Positions 29,448 to 39,120 are shown, numbered from the stretch's first letter. The stretch: DNA of 64,000 nucleotides from Eubacteriales Family XIII. Incertae Sedis bacterium (GCA_031266025.1 JAISBV010000105.1:5986-69985); one strand, 5' to 3'. Program-made: numbers and translations. The notes: generated by a model from the letters alone, not told the origin.

Positions 29448-30215
29448 GTGTCAATAATCTTAAAGACAATGAACGTCGAAAAGTATTACGGAAACAAAGG
29501 CAATCTGACGAGGGCTTTGGCCGGGGTCAGCTTCGACGTGCGCGAGGGCGAATACGTGGGCGTGATGGGCGCGTCCGGCAGCGGCAAGACCACGCTGCTC
29601 AACTGTATATCCACCATTGACACGGTGAGCGCGGGGCATATCATCATAGGCGGCGAAGACATCACTGAGATGGGGCATAAATCACTCGCCGGCTTCAGGC
29701 GCGAAAAACTGGGTTTTATATTTCAGGACTTCAATCTGCTCGATACGCTGACGGTTTACGAGAATATCGCGCTCGCCCTGACGATACGCAAGAGACCCGC
29801 GCGCGAGATAGACAGGCGGGTGAAGGAGGTCGCGGATATACTCGACATCTCGGACACGCTGCGCAAATACCCGTATCAGATATCGGGCGGCCAGAAGCAG
29901 AGGGTCGCCGGCGCAAGGGCGCTGATCACCGATCCGACGCTGATTCTCGCCGACGAGCCGACGGGCGCGCTCGATTCCAAATCCGCGAAAGCCCTGCTCG
30001 AAAGCTTCAGGCGCCTCGTGCGCGAGAAAAACGCCACAATACTCATGGTGACGCACGACGCGTTTGCCGCCGGCCATTGCGATCGCATCCTGTTTATACG
30101 CGACGGCAAGCTGTTCCATCAACTGACGCGCGGCAACGATTCGGGTAAGCTGTTCTTCGACAAGATCATAGAAGTGATAAGCCTGCTGGGAGGCGACACA
30201 AATGATGTCCGTTAA
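29448..30215 (+). CDS. ABC transporter ATP-binding protein (BceA/MacB-type)
   Basis: Walker A GASGSGKTT, signature ISGGQKQRV, Walker B LILADEPTGALD, H-loop VTHD. Confidence 0.9.
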   Translation: MSIILKTMNVEKYYGNKGNLTRALAGVSFDVREGEYVGVMGASGSGKTTLLNCISTIDTVSAGHIIIGGEDITEMGHKSLAGFRREKLGFIFQDFNLLDTLTVYENIALALTIRKRPAREIDRRVKEVADILDISDTLRKYPYQISGGQKQRVAGARALITDPTLILADEPTGALDSKSAKALLESFRRLVREKNATILMVTHDAFAAGHCDRILFIRDGKLFHQLTRGNDSGKLFFDKIIEVISLLGGDTNDVR

Positions 30216-32229
30216 ACTCGCGTTTCGCAATGTAAGGAAGTGCATGCGCGATTATACGATATATTTCCTTACGCTGACTCTCGGCGTCTGCATATTCTAC
30301 GCCTTCAATTCCATAGACAGCCAACAAGCCGTCATGGAAATGTCGAGCGGCCAATCGAGCGCGCTGCGCATGCTCGCTCGCATAATCGGCACGTTCTCCG
30401 TTTTCGTTTCTTTCATATTGGCGTTTTTGATACTGTACGCGAACGGATTTTTGATCAAGCGCCGCAAGAAGGAATTCGGCCTCTATATGATCATGGGCAT
30501 GGGCAAGTGGATGACCTCGCGCATATTGATGTGGGAAGCCCTGCTCGTGGGAGCGCTTTCGCTCATTATGGGGCTTGCCCTCGGCATATTCATGTCGCAG
30601 GGCATGGCCGTGGTGACGGCCAAGCTGCTCGGCGCCGGCTTGGGCTCGTTCCGGTTTATATTTTCGAGCCAAGCCTTGATAAAAACCTTGGGTTGCTTCG
30701 GGCTTGCCTTCGCGCTGTCGCTGATTTTCAACATAGCGGTGGTGCAGAAGCAAAAACTCATCGACCTGCTTTACGCGGCCAAGAAAAACGAATACTTCAA
30801 AGCGCCGAGGCCCGCGATCTCCGTGCTGATCTTCACAGCGGCGCTCTGCTGCCTCGGCCTCGCTTACAAAATCGTGCTGAGCGACGGCTTCATAATGCTG
30901 TTGAATACGATATATATTCCGGTCGCTCTGGGCGCGGTCGGCACATTCCTGTTCTTCTTTTCGCTGTCGGGCTTCTTCCTGAGACTGCTGCAGCAGAGCA
31001 GGGGACTGTACCTGAAGAATCTGAATATGTTCGTACTGCGTCAGATCAACGGCAAGATCAACACGGCCTATGTATCGATGACCCTCGTGTGCCTGATGCT
31101 CTTCATCTCCATATGCACGCTGTCGTCAGGCATGGGTCTGGCGGAAGCGCTGACGACGGAGATGCGCGAGAACGCGCCTTTCGACGCGACGTTCTCCGTG
31201 CGAACGGAATACGAAGCGGCATCCGATACCTATTCCGGCATCGATACCGCGGCCGCCGTATCGGGCAGGGGCGCGGGTCTTTCGGCCTTTGCCGCGGAAT
31301 ACGTCGCCGCGCGCTATTACGTCGCGGACGCGACGATCACGCTGTACTTTGACGGTTCCGAGACGATCGTGCCCCCGAATTTCATGAAGCTGTCGGATTA
31401 CAACGCGGTTTTGGCCTTGCAGGGTCTCGAACCCATAGCGCTCGGGCCCGACGAATACGCGCTCAATTGCAACATGAATACGCGCGAATGGCAGGACATG
31501 CTCAGGGACTATGCCTCAAGCGGCGCCGAGTTCGAGATTGCGGGGAGGCGCCTTGTAACCGACCCGTCCAAGCTCTTTACGCGCACACTTGAGGTTTCTC
31601 CGAACAAGGAATTCGCCGTCGCCGCGGTCGTGCCGGACGAGCTGCTTGCCGGCGCGCCGGTCAAGAAGGATTTCCTGCATATAAATTATCCGGAGGAGGG
31701 CGGCGAATACGAAAGCATGTGCGTATCGGCGCTGATCGGCTTCGAGCCGGTCGGACCGGACGGCGTTCAATTGGACGGCGGCCTCGAAACGAGGGTTCGC
31801 GTGCTCGAATACACGCATTCCGCGACCACGACCATCGCGTACATCGCCATATATCTGGGCGTCGTTTCCCTGCTCTTGGCGGCGACGGTGCTTGCGATCG
31901 GTCAACTTTCGGAGGCAGGCGACAATGCGGAGCGCTACGGTCTGCTGCGCAGGATCGGCGCGGAGGACAGTATGATCAACGCCGCGCTGTTCACGCAGAT
32001 ACTCGTGTGCTTCGGCGCGCCCGCGCTGCTCGCGCTCGTACACGCCGCGGTCGGTATCAGAGTGGCGAGCGGCGTCGTGAGCGCGTTCGCGGAGATGAAT
32101 ATCTTCGGAAGCAGCTTTATCGCCGCGCTCGTCATCGTCGCCATATACGGCGCGTATTTTCTCGCGACGTATTTCGGAAGCAAGAGCATAGTAAGCATAT
32201 CAGCAAGAGGAGGTTTTCGAAATGAATGA
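30202..32229 (+). CDS. FtsX-family ABC permease (BceB-like, 10-TM type with a large extracellular loop)
   Basis: 675 aa. N- and C-terminal FtsX TM bundles separated by an approximately 200-aa loop. Overlaps the ATPase gene end. Confidence 0.85.
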   Translation: MMSVKLAFRNVRKCMRDYTIYFLTLTLGVCIFYAFNSIDSQQAVMEMSSGQSSALRMLARIIGTFSVFVSFILAFLILYANGFLIKRRKKEFGLYMIMGMGKWMTSRILMWEALLVGALSLIMGLALGIFMSQGMAVVTAKLLGAGLGSFRFIFSSQALIKTLGCFGLAFALSLIFNIAVVQKQKLIDLLYAAKKNEYFKAPRPAISVLIFTAALCCLGLAYKIVLSDGFIMLLNTIYIPVALGAVGTFLFFFSLSGFFLRLLQQSRGLYLKNLNMFVLRQINGKINTAYVSMTLVCLMLFISICTLSSGMGLAEALTTEMRENAPFDATFSVRTEYEAASDTYSGIDTAAAVSGRGAGLSAFAAEYVAARYYVADATITLYFDGSETIVPPNFMKLSDYNAVLALQGLEPIALGPDEYALNCNMNTREWQDMLRDYASSGAEFEIAGRRLVTDPSKLFTRTLEVSPNKEFAVAAVVPDELLAGAPVKKDFLHINYPEEGGEYESMCVSALIGFEPVGPDGVQLDGGLETRVRVLEYTHSATTTIAYIAIYLGVVSLLLAATVLAIGQLSEAGDNAERYGLLRRIGAEDSMINAALFTQILVCFGAPALLALVHAAVGIRVASGVVSAFAEMNIFGSSFIAALVIVAIYGAYFLATYFGSKSIVSISARGGFRNE

Positions 32230-33046
32230 GACAATACGCCCCGATGAGGGAAATATGGGATTTAAGTGTTTGACGGGCAGTCAAATCAAGTTTTTCGGCG
32301 TTATACTGATGGTGTTCGACCATATACACCAGATGTTTCATGTATATGACGTCCCGCTCTGGTTTACGTGCATAGGGCGCTTGGTGGCCCCGATGTTTCT
32401 GTTCATGTGCGCCGAGGGTTTTCATTACACGCGCAGCAGGAGGAAATACATGCTCCTCCTCCTCGCCGGCTTCGAGTTTATGAATGTGGCGTCCCTGTTT
32501 CTTTCCCGCGCGATGCCGAACGAGGACGTCACGCTGATGAACAATATCTTCGGAACCATGCTGCTCTGTACGGTGTACATGGGGCTCACGGATATGCTGA
32601 AAAGCGGCGTAAGCGAAAAAAAGCCCGGCCGTACGGCGCTTTCGATACTGCTGATGCTCGTCCCCATAGCCATAGGCGCGGTTTCCATGGCGATCATGAA
32701 TATGCCGGACTTTTTGGCCAATCCGAACGCGCTGATGATCATGTACATGATACAGTCGGTTCCGAACGTCATGATCGTCGAGGGCGGGCCGACGCTGGTC
32801 GCCACGGGACTGCTGTTCTACATATTCAGGGAAAAGCGATTGATTCAGGTCGCGGTGCTCGTCTTGGCCGGCGTTCTCACGCTGTTCACATTCGGCCCCG
32901 GCGAAGTGCAGTGGATGATGGTCTTCGCCGCGATCCCGATGCTCATGTACAACGGCAAACGCGGAAAGGGGAGCAAGTATTTCTTCTACATCTTCTATCC
33001 GGCGCATATATACATACTGTATACAATCGCGTACCTCATCAAATAG
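32222..33046 (+). CDS. TraX-family membrane protein
   Basis: ATG overlaps the permease stop and lies 8 nt after GAGGAGG. N-terminal LTGSQIKFFGVILMVFDHIHQMF resembles the TraX signature. Polytopic membrane protein. Confidence 0.6.
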   Translation: MNETIRPDEGNMGFKCLTGSQIKFFGVILMVFDHIHQMFHVYDVPLWFTCIGRLVAPMFLFMCAEGFHYTRSRRKYMLLLLAGFEFMNVASLFLSRAMPNEDVTLMNNIFGTMLLCTVYMGLTDMLKSGVSEKKPGRTALSILLMLVPIAIGAVSMAIMNMPDFLANPNALMIMYMIQSVPNVMIVEGGPTLVATGLLFYIFREKRLIQVAVLVLAGVLTLFTFGPGEVQWMMVFAAIPMLMYNGKRGKGSKYFFYIFYPAHIYILYTIAYLIK

Positions 33047-33050
33047 ATGT

Positions 33051-33196
33051 AACCACTCAACCGACCGTTCTTTTTTCCGCATCTCGGCCCCAAATCGTCG
33101 AATTCACTGCTCAACGTACAATTTCGTACGCCTGCGCGGCGAATTCGCCGATTTGAAACCAATCTCCGAAAAAAATCTCCGGTCGGTTAAGTGGTT
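33051..33196. repeat. About 146-bp palindromic MITE/REP-like element, family A variant
   Basis: Termini AACCACTCAACCGACCG / CGGTCGGTTAAGTGGTT. The interior layout parallels copies 1 and 2 (TTTTCCGCATCTCGG..., central ACGTAC..GTACG). Confidence 0.75.
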
Positions 33197-33253
33197 TTTA
33201 TTAACTTTTGTACAATAACCGGATAATTATTATCCGCTCAACCGACCGGGCAA

Positions 33254-33823
33254 CTAAAACGTCAAAAATACCAATTCCGATTCGTCTCTCTCGCGTGAAT
33301 CGTATTCGACGAGATCGCGAATCAGCGGATCGGTGATCAGGCGCTTCCACACGGTGTGCGAGGCGCGTATGAAACTCTCGGACAGTGGATATTTCTCCGA
33401 GATCAGAGGACATTCATACGGCAGATGCTCCATGGGGAACAGTATCATCCTCAGGGCTCCGTCCGCGTCAAAATGCGGCGCGAGCGGGAAGAATCGGCAT
33501 TGGAACGGTCGCATGTTCCTTTTGCACACGGGAGGCGTCTTGCACCTGATGAAATAGACGTCTCCGCGCCATGACGCCGGAAAATCCCCGTCCTCCGCCT
33601 TTGACGAACTCCATTCAAACAGCTTGTCGCGTTTCGCGAACAGCTTCTCCTCTCCCGGCAGCAGGTATATGCCCAGATTAAAGCCCTGCGCGGCCGCGTC
33701 CTCCTCGCCGGCGCAGCAGCAGGCGCTGCCGCACAAAAGACCGCAGTCTCCGTCCGTTGGCGACACCCTGTCGAGCAGCCTGTACGCGGCCGCGAATACG
33801 CTTCTGCGAATTGAACTTTTCAT
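33254..33823 (-). CDS. Cys-rich protein, putative YkgJ/UPF0153-type metal-chelating domain
   Basis: The CGLLCGSACCC cluster resembles the CxxCxxCC motif. Further cysteines appear in FIRCKTPPVCKRNMRPFQCRFFP. Confidence 0.5.
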   Translation of the reverse strand: MKSSIRRSVFAAAYRLLDRVSPTDGDCGLLCGSACCCAGEEDAAAQGFNLGIYLLPGEEKLFAKRDKLFEWSSSKAEDGDFPASWRGDVYFIRCKTPPVCKRNMRPFQCRFFPLAPHFDADGALRMILFPMEHLPYECPLISEKYPLSESFIRASHTVWKRLITDPLIRDLVEYDSRERDESELVFLTF

Positions 33824-33853
33824 GATATGATTGTATCACGAAGACGCGAAAAA

Positions 33854-34078
33854 ATAAACTGCCCTGCAGCAAAACTACGTGGTATTGGAGAGATGGGCAG
33901 TTTGATACGATAGGAAGTATTTGGAGTGGGTTCAATACCCTACGCTATGAATAAGGAAACGTAGCAAGCTATGGGGTATTGAACCCGTTTGCGTAATAAA
34001 CTGCCCTGCAGCAAAACTACGGGGTACGCGTGCCCGGAGCTTGTGAACGGGTACTGAACCCATTTGCGTAATACTGCC
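33854..34078. repeat. Direct-repeat region in a divergent intergenic spacer
   Basis: The 26-bp sequence ATAAACTGCCCTGCAGCAAAACTACG occurs at 33854 and 33996. GAACCC(G/A)TTTGCGTAATA..CTGCC occurs at 33981 and 34057. Internal inverted repeat GGGTTCAATACCC/GGGGTATTGAACCC. Confidence 0.8.
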
Positions 34079-34236
34079 GAGAAATATTGGCGATTTTCGC
34101 GTTGATATTGTTTGCCGCCATAAAAAGTGCTACAATGTCTGTGTCAGCGGACATATTTTGAATGATAATTTTTTACGGATTCAACGCACGCGTGCATTCT
34201 CACGAACGTGAACAATTACAATATAAGGTTAAGATT

Positions 34237-35835
34237 ATGGCAAAAAAGACAATGGTGTTTTTGTTATTCGCTTTGTTTCTGACCGCATGTTCCGGTACGG
34301 TCTTCGCGAGTGACGCCGACAGTGACGACCCCGATCCGTGGGCGACGGAAGCGGTCGAGTACCTGCGTTCATACGAACTGATTCCGGATGAATTGTTTTC
34401 GCAATACACTTTCCCGGTGCGACGTGACGAATTCGCGGCTATGGTCATTTCCGTCTATAATGAAGCCTGTCAAAATTACGCTGTTTTTGATTCCGTCGCG
34501 AACCCGTTTTCCGATACAGTGGACAACAAATACGCGGTTTATATCAAAAAAGCGAATATAACGGGATTTATCACGGGAACCTCAAAAACCTTGTACAGTC
34601 CGCAAAATACGATTACCCGCGAGGACGCAGCGACGATTTTGTATCGAATGATGACCGTGATGTACCCTGACGCGGCAATCCCGTCCGAGGTCAAAATCAC
34701 GGATAAAGACAAAATATCCGCCTACGCCGCAGAGGCCGTCGAATATTGTTTCGGTTTGTCCGTCATGTCGGGCACGGGCGGCGGCGCGTTTTCACCGAAG
34801 GCCATGCTCACACGTCAGGAGACAATGGTGATTCTGTACAATATTTGCCGGCGCTTTGACGTGATAAAAAACGGCCGGGAAAGCGCTGTCACCGCGCCGG
34901 CGTCAGATTCCGGTTGGCGCGTTGGGATAAACGACGACTGTTTGTACATCTTGGTGCAGGCATATCCATTTTTGCTGAACAATGAAGTGGTGGAGTCCTC
35001 ATCCTATCGTCTGATCAAGCTGCCTTTGGACGCCGAACTGCAAGGCCGCGGCGAGGTTATACTGTCTTGGGATCGTATCGACGCCTATGCGATAGATTCG
35101 GATAAAATTTATTTCTGCGACCGCCCGGATGTATATTCCATGGATAAAAACGGCGATAATATTAAAAAAATCCGCGACTTATCCCACTTTATGGACGGAA
35201 GCGACATTGCCACCCTTCACAAGGAAGGGGACTGGCTGTTCATCGGAGCCGGTTCGCGCATTATCAAACTGCGCACAGACGGTACCTGCCCGAGCTATCT
35301 ATCCAAAGGCGATGCCGGGCATTTCTCGGTTTCCGGCCAATTTTTGTACGCTACGGGTCGCGATCCGATGTCCGACGCCTACAGCCTTCGGATTTGGCAG
35401 ATATCGTTTGACGGCGCGCTTTCGCGGATGCTTTATACGTATGAGCGCAAAACCGGAATGAGCTATTCATTCGCGCTCGGCAAGGATAAAGCCTATTTGA
35501 TTATGGATAATTATGACGATATACAGTCAAACGCCATGTTTATCACGATAGATACAAGCGGAAACGACGCGCCGGTTCAAAGAAAAATAGACAAGTCAAT
35601 AGAATTAATGGTATACGGCGAGGATGTTTTCTTGACAGACTACTCTGAAAATATGTTAAATATGAGCAGTCTTTCCGGAAATCCCGATATTCATATACCG
35701 ATGCCCCCCGAGATAAGATACAACATAAGCATGATAGAGGGCGACTATATTCTCATCAGACTCATCCTCGGCTCGGACTACACCCGCTATTATTTTATCT
35801 ATAATTTTAAAACGAACGTCTTCAAAGATATTTAA
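34237..35835 (+). CDS. Lipoprotein with SLH-like repeats and a DUF5050-like beta-propeller
   Basis: Lipobox LFLTAC at the internal ATG 34237. SLH-type blocks (SPQNTITREDAATILYRMM; GGGAFSPKAMLTRQETMVILYN). C-terminal repeats of the type IYFCDRPDVYSMDKNGDNIKKI. Confidence 0.65.
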   Translation: MAKKTMVFLLFALFLTACSGTVFASDADSDDPDPWATEAVEYLRSYELIPDELFSQYTFPVRRDEFAAMVISVYNEACQNYAVFDSVANPFSDTVDNKYAVYIKKANITGFITGTSKTLYSPQNTITREDAATILYRMMTVMYPDAAIPSEVKITDKDKISAYAAEAVEYCFGLSVMSGTGGGAFSPKAMLTRQETMVILYNICRRFDVIKNGRESAVTAPASDSGWRVGINDDCLYILVQAYPFLLNNEVVESSSYRLIKLPLDAELQGRGEVILSWDRIDAYAIDSDKIYFCDRPDVYSMDKNGDNIKKIRDLSHFMDGSDIATLHKEGDWLFIGAGSRIIKLRTDGTCPSYLSKGDAGHFSVSGQFLYATGRDPMSDAYSLRIWQISFDGALSRMLYTYERKTGMSYSFALGKDKAYLIMDNYDDIQSNAMFITIDTSGNDAPVQRKIDKSIELMVYGEDVFLTDYSENMLNMSSLSGNPDIHIPMPPEIRYNISMIEGDYILIRLILGSDYTRYYFIYNFKTNVFKDI

Positions 35836-35978
35836 ACAGCGTTTTAATATTCTTTGCCAAAGAGTTGCAATTGAGATTGCAAAGGATTTTTCGGGTAAAA
35901 AAACAAATCGCCTTGCCGAAAGGTTCGCATATAGCGATAAAAGTACGAATCTTGCTAAAAAAAGGAGTTTATCATATC

Positions 35979-36971
35979 GTGTCACAATTGATTGACAATT
36001 CATCACAAACGTTGGAACAAGCATTGAAAAACACTCTCCCGCAAACGAACAAAGTTGATGTTCTTACTGCCTATTTCTACTTTTCCGGGTTCTCGCTGTT
36101 GGCCGGCGAACTCAAAGACAAACATATCCGCATACTCGTGGGGAAATCCATTGACCCTGACGCTGTTGTCGAACTCAGCGCGGCTATCAAGTCATACCCA
36201 AATGTTGACCTCAATACCTACCAAAACAAAAAATATTACTCCCTGAACCGTTCTCAAAGGAAGAAAGAATACACGGAAAGTTTCATACGCCTGTTTAACA
36301 AGTCATCGTTGTCAGAGTCTTTTGACAGCACGGTGAGCCAAACAATGCAGACGATTTTCGAGAACAAACTGCGTGACGGCACACTTGAAATACGTATGAC
36401 TTCCGAGGACAATCACGCCAAAACCTTTATTCTCACCAACAAGCCGGAGTTCTCCGCGAACGGTGATTCTAAAGGCGCTGTTTTTATGGGTTCGTCTAAT
36501 TTCACATATTCCGGACTGACCGGACAAGGCGAGCTTGACCATCGGTTCAGCGACAATCAAGACTATGATAAGTATCTGCAACATTTTAATAAACTTTGGA
36601 ACGATGCTAACGCCATCGACATACAAACGAGCGGCAGTAACGACGATTTCATCAGAGAAATAGAAACGCGGCTGTGGCTGCACTCAAAGCCTGACCCGTA
36701 TAAGGTGTTTGTGCGGATTTTGCACGAACTGTATTATCAAACAGACGAGACCGACCTTAAAACGCCCGGTTCCATATCCGGCGGTAAGTTTACAAACTTA
36801 CGTTACCAATTGGATGCAATCAGAAGCGGCATAGACTGTATTAACAAGAATAGCAGTAAGGCTCATCGGCAGAATTATGTTCTGTTGGTTTCTCAAAGAG
36901 AAAAAAAGCGCGGATGGTGTTGCTCTGATCCCCGACAAAATATTATCGCAACAAGCCGTAACGGGAAATGA
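35979..36971 (+). CDS. PLD/HKD-nuclease domain fragment. This is the 5' part of a frameshifted PLD-methyltransferase fusion and is probably a pseudogene.
   Basis: GTG behind AAAGGAG. N-terminus SQLIDNSSQTLEQALKN...VDVLTAYFYFSGFSLLAGELKDKHIRILVGKS. HKD motif NHAKTFIL...GSSNFTYSGL. After about 36835 the frame reads junk until the stop. Confidence 0.7.
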   Translation: MSQLIDNSSQTLEQALKNTLPQTNKVDVLTAYFYFSGFSLLAGELKDKHIRILVGKSIDPDAVVELSAAIKSYPNVDLNTYQNKKYYSLNRSQRKKEYTESFIRLFNKSSLSESFDSTVSQTMQTIFENKLRDGTLEIRMTSEDNHAKTFILTNKPEFSANGDSKGAVFMGSSNFTYSGLTGQGELDHRFSDNQDYDKYLQHFNKLWNDANAIDIQTSGSNDDFIREIETRLWLHSKPDPYKVFVRILHELYYQTDETDLKTPGSISGGKFTNLRYQLDAIRSGIDCINKNSSKAHRQNYVLLVSQREKKRGWCCSDPRQNIIATSRNGK

Positions 36972-39120
36972 CACATACTATCACAATGTGCTTGAATCGC
37001 TGTTCTTCGAACTGCTCAACACCAAAGCAAGACGCAGAAAAGACAAATTCAAAAGCGAAGGTTATTCAGAAATTCCATATCTTAACGGCGGCTTATTCAG
37101 TCCGCAAGTAGGCGACCACTACAAATTCAGCCAGATCACGGACAGCGGCGAGTATGGCATTGTTACCGTTCCTGACGACTGGTTTAAGTCACTGTTCGGT
37201 GTTTTGGAAAGTTACAGCTTTACGGTAGATGAGAACACTGCCTATGATGTCGAACTTTCAATTGATCCTGAAATGCTGGGGCGCATATTTGAAAACCTGC
37301 TTGCTGAAATAAATCCTGAAACAGGTGAGAGCGCGAAAAAAAGCACAGGCAGTTTCTATACCCCACGCGATATCGTTGATTATATGGTAGACACGAGCCT
37401 GTTTCATTATTTACGAGATAAAACCAAAATCGCGGACGACACGCTGAACGCGCTTATTAGTTACGGAAAAGAAGATGATACCGATTATCCGTTGACTGCC
37501 GGTGAGAATGAGAATATTGTTGACGCTCTGTCAACGTTAACAATAATCGACCCGGCATGCGGTTCCGGCGCGTTCCCAATCGGTATTTTGCAAAAGACAG
37601 TGTATGTTTTACAGCAGGTTGACCCAAACGCCAAACTTTGGGCGGCAAAGCAGTACAGCAGCGTAACGTCTGCGGAATTGAAGCAGGAAATCAAACAGAA
37701 AGAGGAGCGCGGCTTATTTGACTATATCCGTAAGCTCGGAGTTATCCGCGAGTCCATATTTGGCGTGGATATTCAGACTATCGCGACTGAAATAGCTAAA
37801 CTGCGCTGCTTCCTGTCACTCATAGTAGAGGAAAACGTTGAAGACGATGAACCGAATCGCGGCATACAGCCCTTGCCGAATCTTGATTTTAAGTTCATTT
37901 CCGCCAATTCTCTCGTGCGTTTGGAGGACAAATCAGAATCAACAGGCCAAATGTCGATTTTTGAGGATATTCAGCATATCGACGAGTTAAAACGTATTCG
38001 TGATGAATATTTCACCGCCGACGCCGATGAACGTATTGAACTTCGTCAAGAATTTGATAGTACTCAAAAGGAAATGTTGATGAAGACAATTCAAAATTAC
38101 GGGAAAACAGCAAGCAACAGATATTCTTTGCTTTATTCGTGGAAACCTTTTGAAAACGAGTCTACAACGTGGTTTGACCCGGAGTGGATGTTTGGAACAA
38201 ATAATTTTGACATTGTTATCGCGAATCCTCCTTATATTCACTTGGAGCATATCAAGGAGCAGTCTGCGTATTACAGGACACTCAATTTCAGTGTTTATGA
38301 GGCTCGCGGTGACATCTACGCATTGTTTTATGAGAAGGGCGTGCAACTTCTGAAAGATAATGGTTTCCTTTGCTACATTACCTCTAATAAGTGGATGCGC
38401 GCGGCATACGGAAAATCGCTCCGCCGCTTCTTTGCAGACTTTACAAACCCGATACAACTAATCGACTTTGCCGGACAGCAGATTTTTGACGCTACCGTCG
38501 ATACGAATATACTTTTGCTGTCAAAGTCAGCCAATCAACAGGCAACCAACGCCGTAATTGTCAAAGACAATGACAGTATATCGAATATGCGCGTTTATGT
38601 TAAGCAAAACAGCGTAACAATTCCGTTTACCGCATCCGAGAGTTGGACTATACTCTCGCCGATCGAGCAGAGTATCAAGCGCAAAATCGAGGCAGTCGGC
38701 ACTCCGTTGAAAGATTGGGATGTAAAAATTAACTACGGAATCAAGACAGGCTGCAATGAAGCATTTATTGTTGATGGTGCCACCCGCGCCCGTCTTATAG
38801 CTGCCGATCCAAAGAGTGCAGAGATTATACGACCGATTTTGCGGGGCAAGGATATTAAGCGGTATGGGTATGACTTCAATGGTAAGTATCTTATTGCCTT
38901 ATTCCCGTCACAGAATTATGACATTGGTAACTACTCCGCCGTTAAAGAATATCTTCTTTCTGCTGAATGGTCAGATAATGTGCCATACGGACATGGCATG
39001 GAAAGATTGGAACAAACAGGCAAAAAATATACTATTGACGGAATAAGCTTTACAGCACGCAAAAAGACAGGTAACAAGTGGTTTGAAACGCAAGACCAAA
39101 TAAGTTATTGGGTCGTATAA
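36877..39120 (+). CDS. Eco57I/MmeI-type gamma-class N6-adenine DNA methyltransferase with a TaqI-like target-recognition domain. This is the 3' part of the frameshifted fusion and its C-terminus appears truncated.
   Basis: The frame is open from 35 nt upstream (TVLTRIAVRLIGRIMFCWFLKEKK). IPYLNGGLF, GSFYTPRDIV, motif I DPACGSGAF, motif IV IANPPYI. TaqI_C-like block GIKTGCNEAFIV...ILRGKDIKRY. Ends right after WFETQDQISYW. Confidence 0.85.
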   Translation: MFCWFLKEKKSADGVALIPDKILSQQAVTGNDTYYHNVLESLFFELLNTKARRRKDKFKSEGYSEIPYLNGGLFSPQVGDHYKFSQITDSGEYGIVTVPDDWFKSLFGVLESYSFTVDENTAYDVELSIDPEMLGRIFENLLAEINPETGESAKKSTGSFYTPRDIVDYMVDTSLFHYLRDKTKIADDTLNALISYGKEDDTDYPLTAGENENIVDALSTLTIIDPACGSGAFPIGILQKTVYVLQQVDPNAKLWAAKQYSSVTSAELKQEIKQKEERGLFDYIRKLGVIRESIFGVDIQTIATEIAKLRCFLSLIVEENVEDDEPNRGIQPLPNLDFKFISANSLVRLEDKSESTGQMSIFEDIQHIDELKRIRDEYFTADADERIELRQEFDSTQKEMLMKTIQNYGKTASNRYSLLYSWKPFENESTTWFDPEWMFGTNNFDIVIANPPYIHLEHIKEQSAYYRTLNFSVYEARGDIYALFYEKGVQLLKDNGFLCYITSNKWMRAAYGKSLRRFFADFTNPIQLIDFAGQQIFDATVDTNILLLSKSANQQATNAVIVKDNDSISNMRVYVKQNSVTIPFTASESWTILSPIEQSIKRKIEAVGTPLKDWDVKINYGIKTGCNEAFIVDGATRARLIAADPKSAEIIRPILRGKDIKRYGYDFNGKYLIALFPSQNYDIGNYSAVKEYLLSAEWSDNVPYGHGMERLEQTGKKYTIDGISFTARKKTGNKWFETQDQISYWVV

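Noticed and set aside
30240-33156. Long alternate-frame or antisense ORFs (370 aa plus strand at 30240, 316 aa minus strand at 32132, 262 aa plus strand at 32368)
   Set aside because: They are embedded in the FtsX permease and TraX membrane-protein genes, whose frames give coherent TM topology. The alternatives are Arg/His-rich junk.
36901-36907. The A7 homopolymer as the phase-variable frameshift site of the PLD-MTase gene
   Set aside because: Frame +1 reads family-typical sequence on both sides of the run (RIMFCWFLKEKKSADGVALIP). The frame change must therefore lie upstream, near 36835, where there is no simple repeat.
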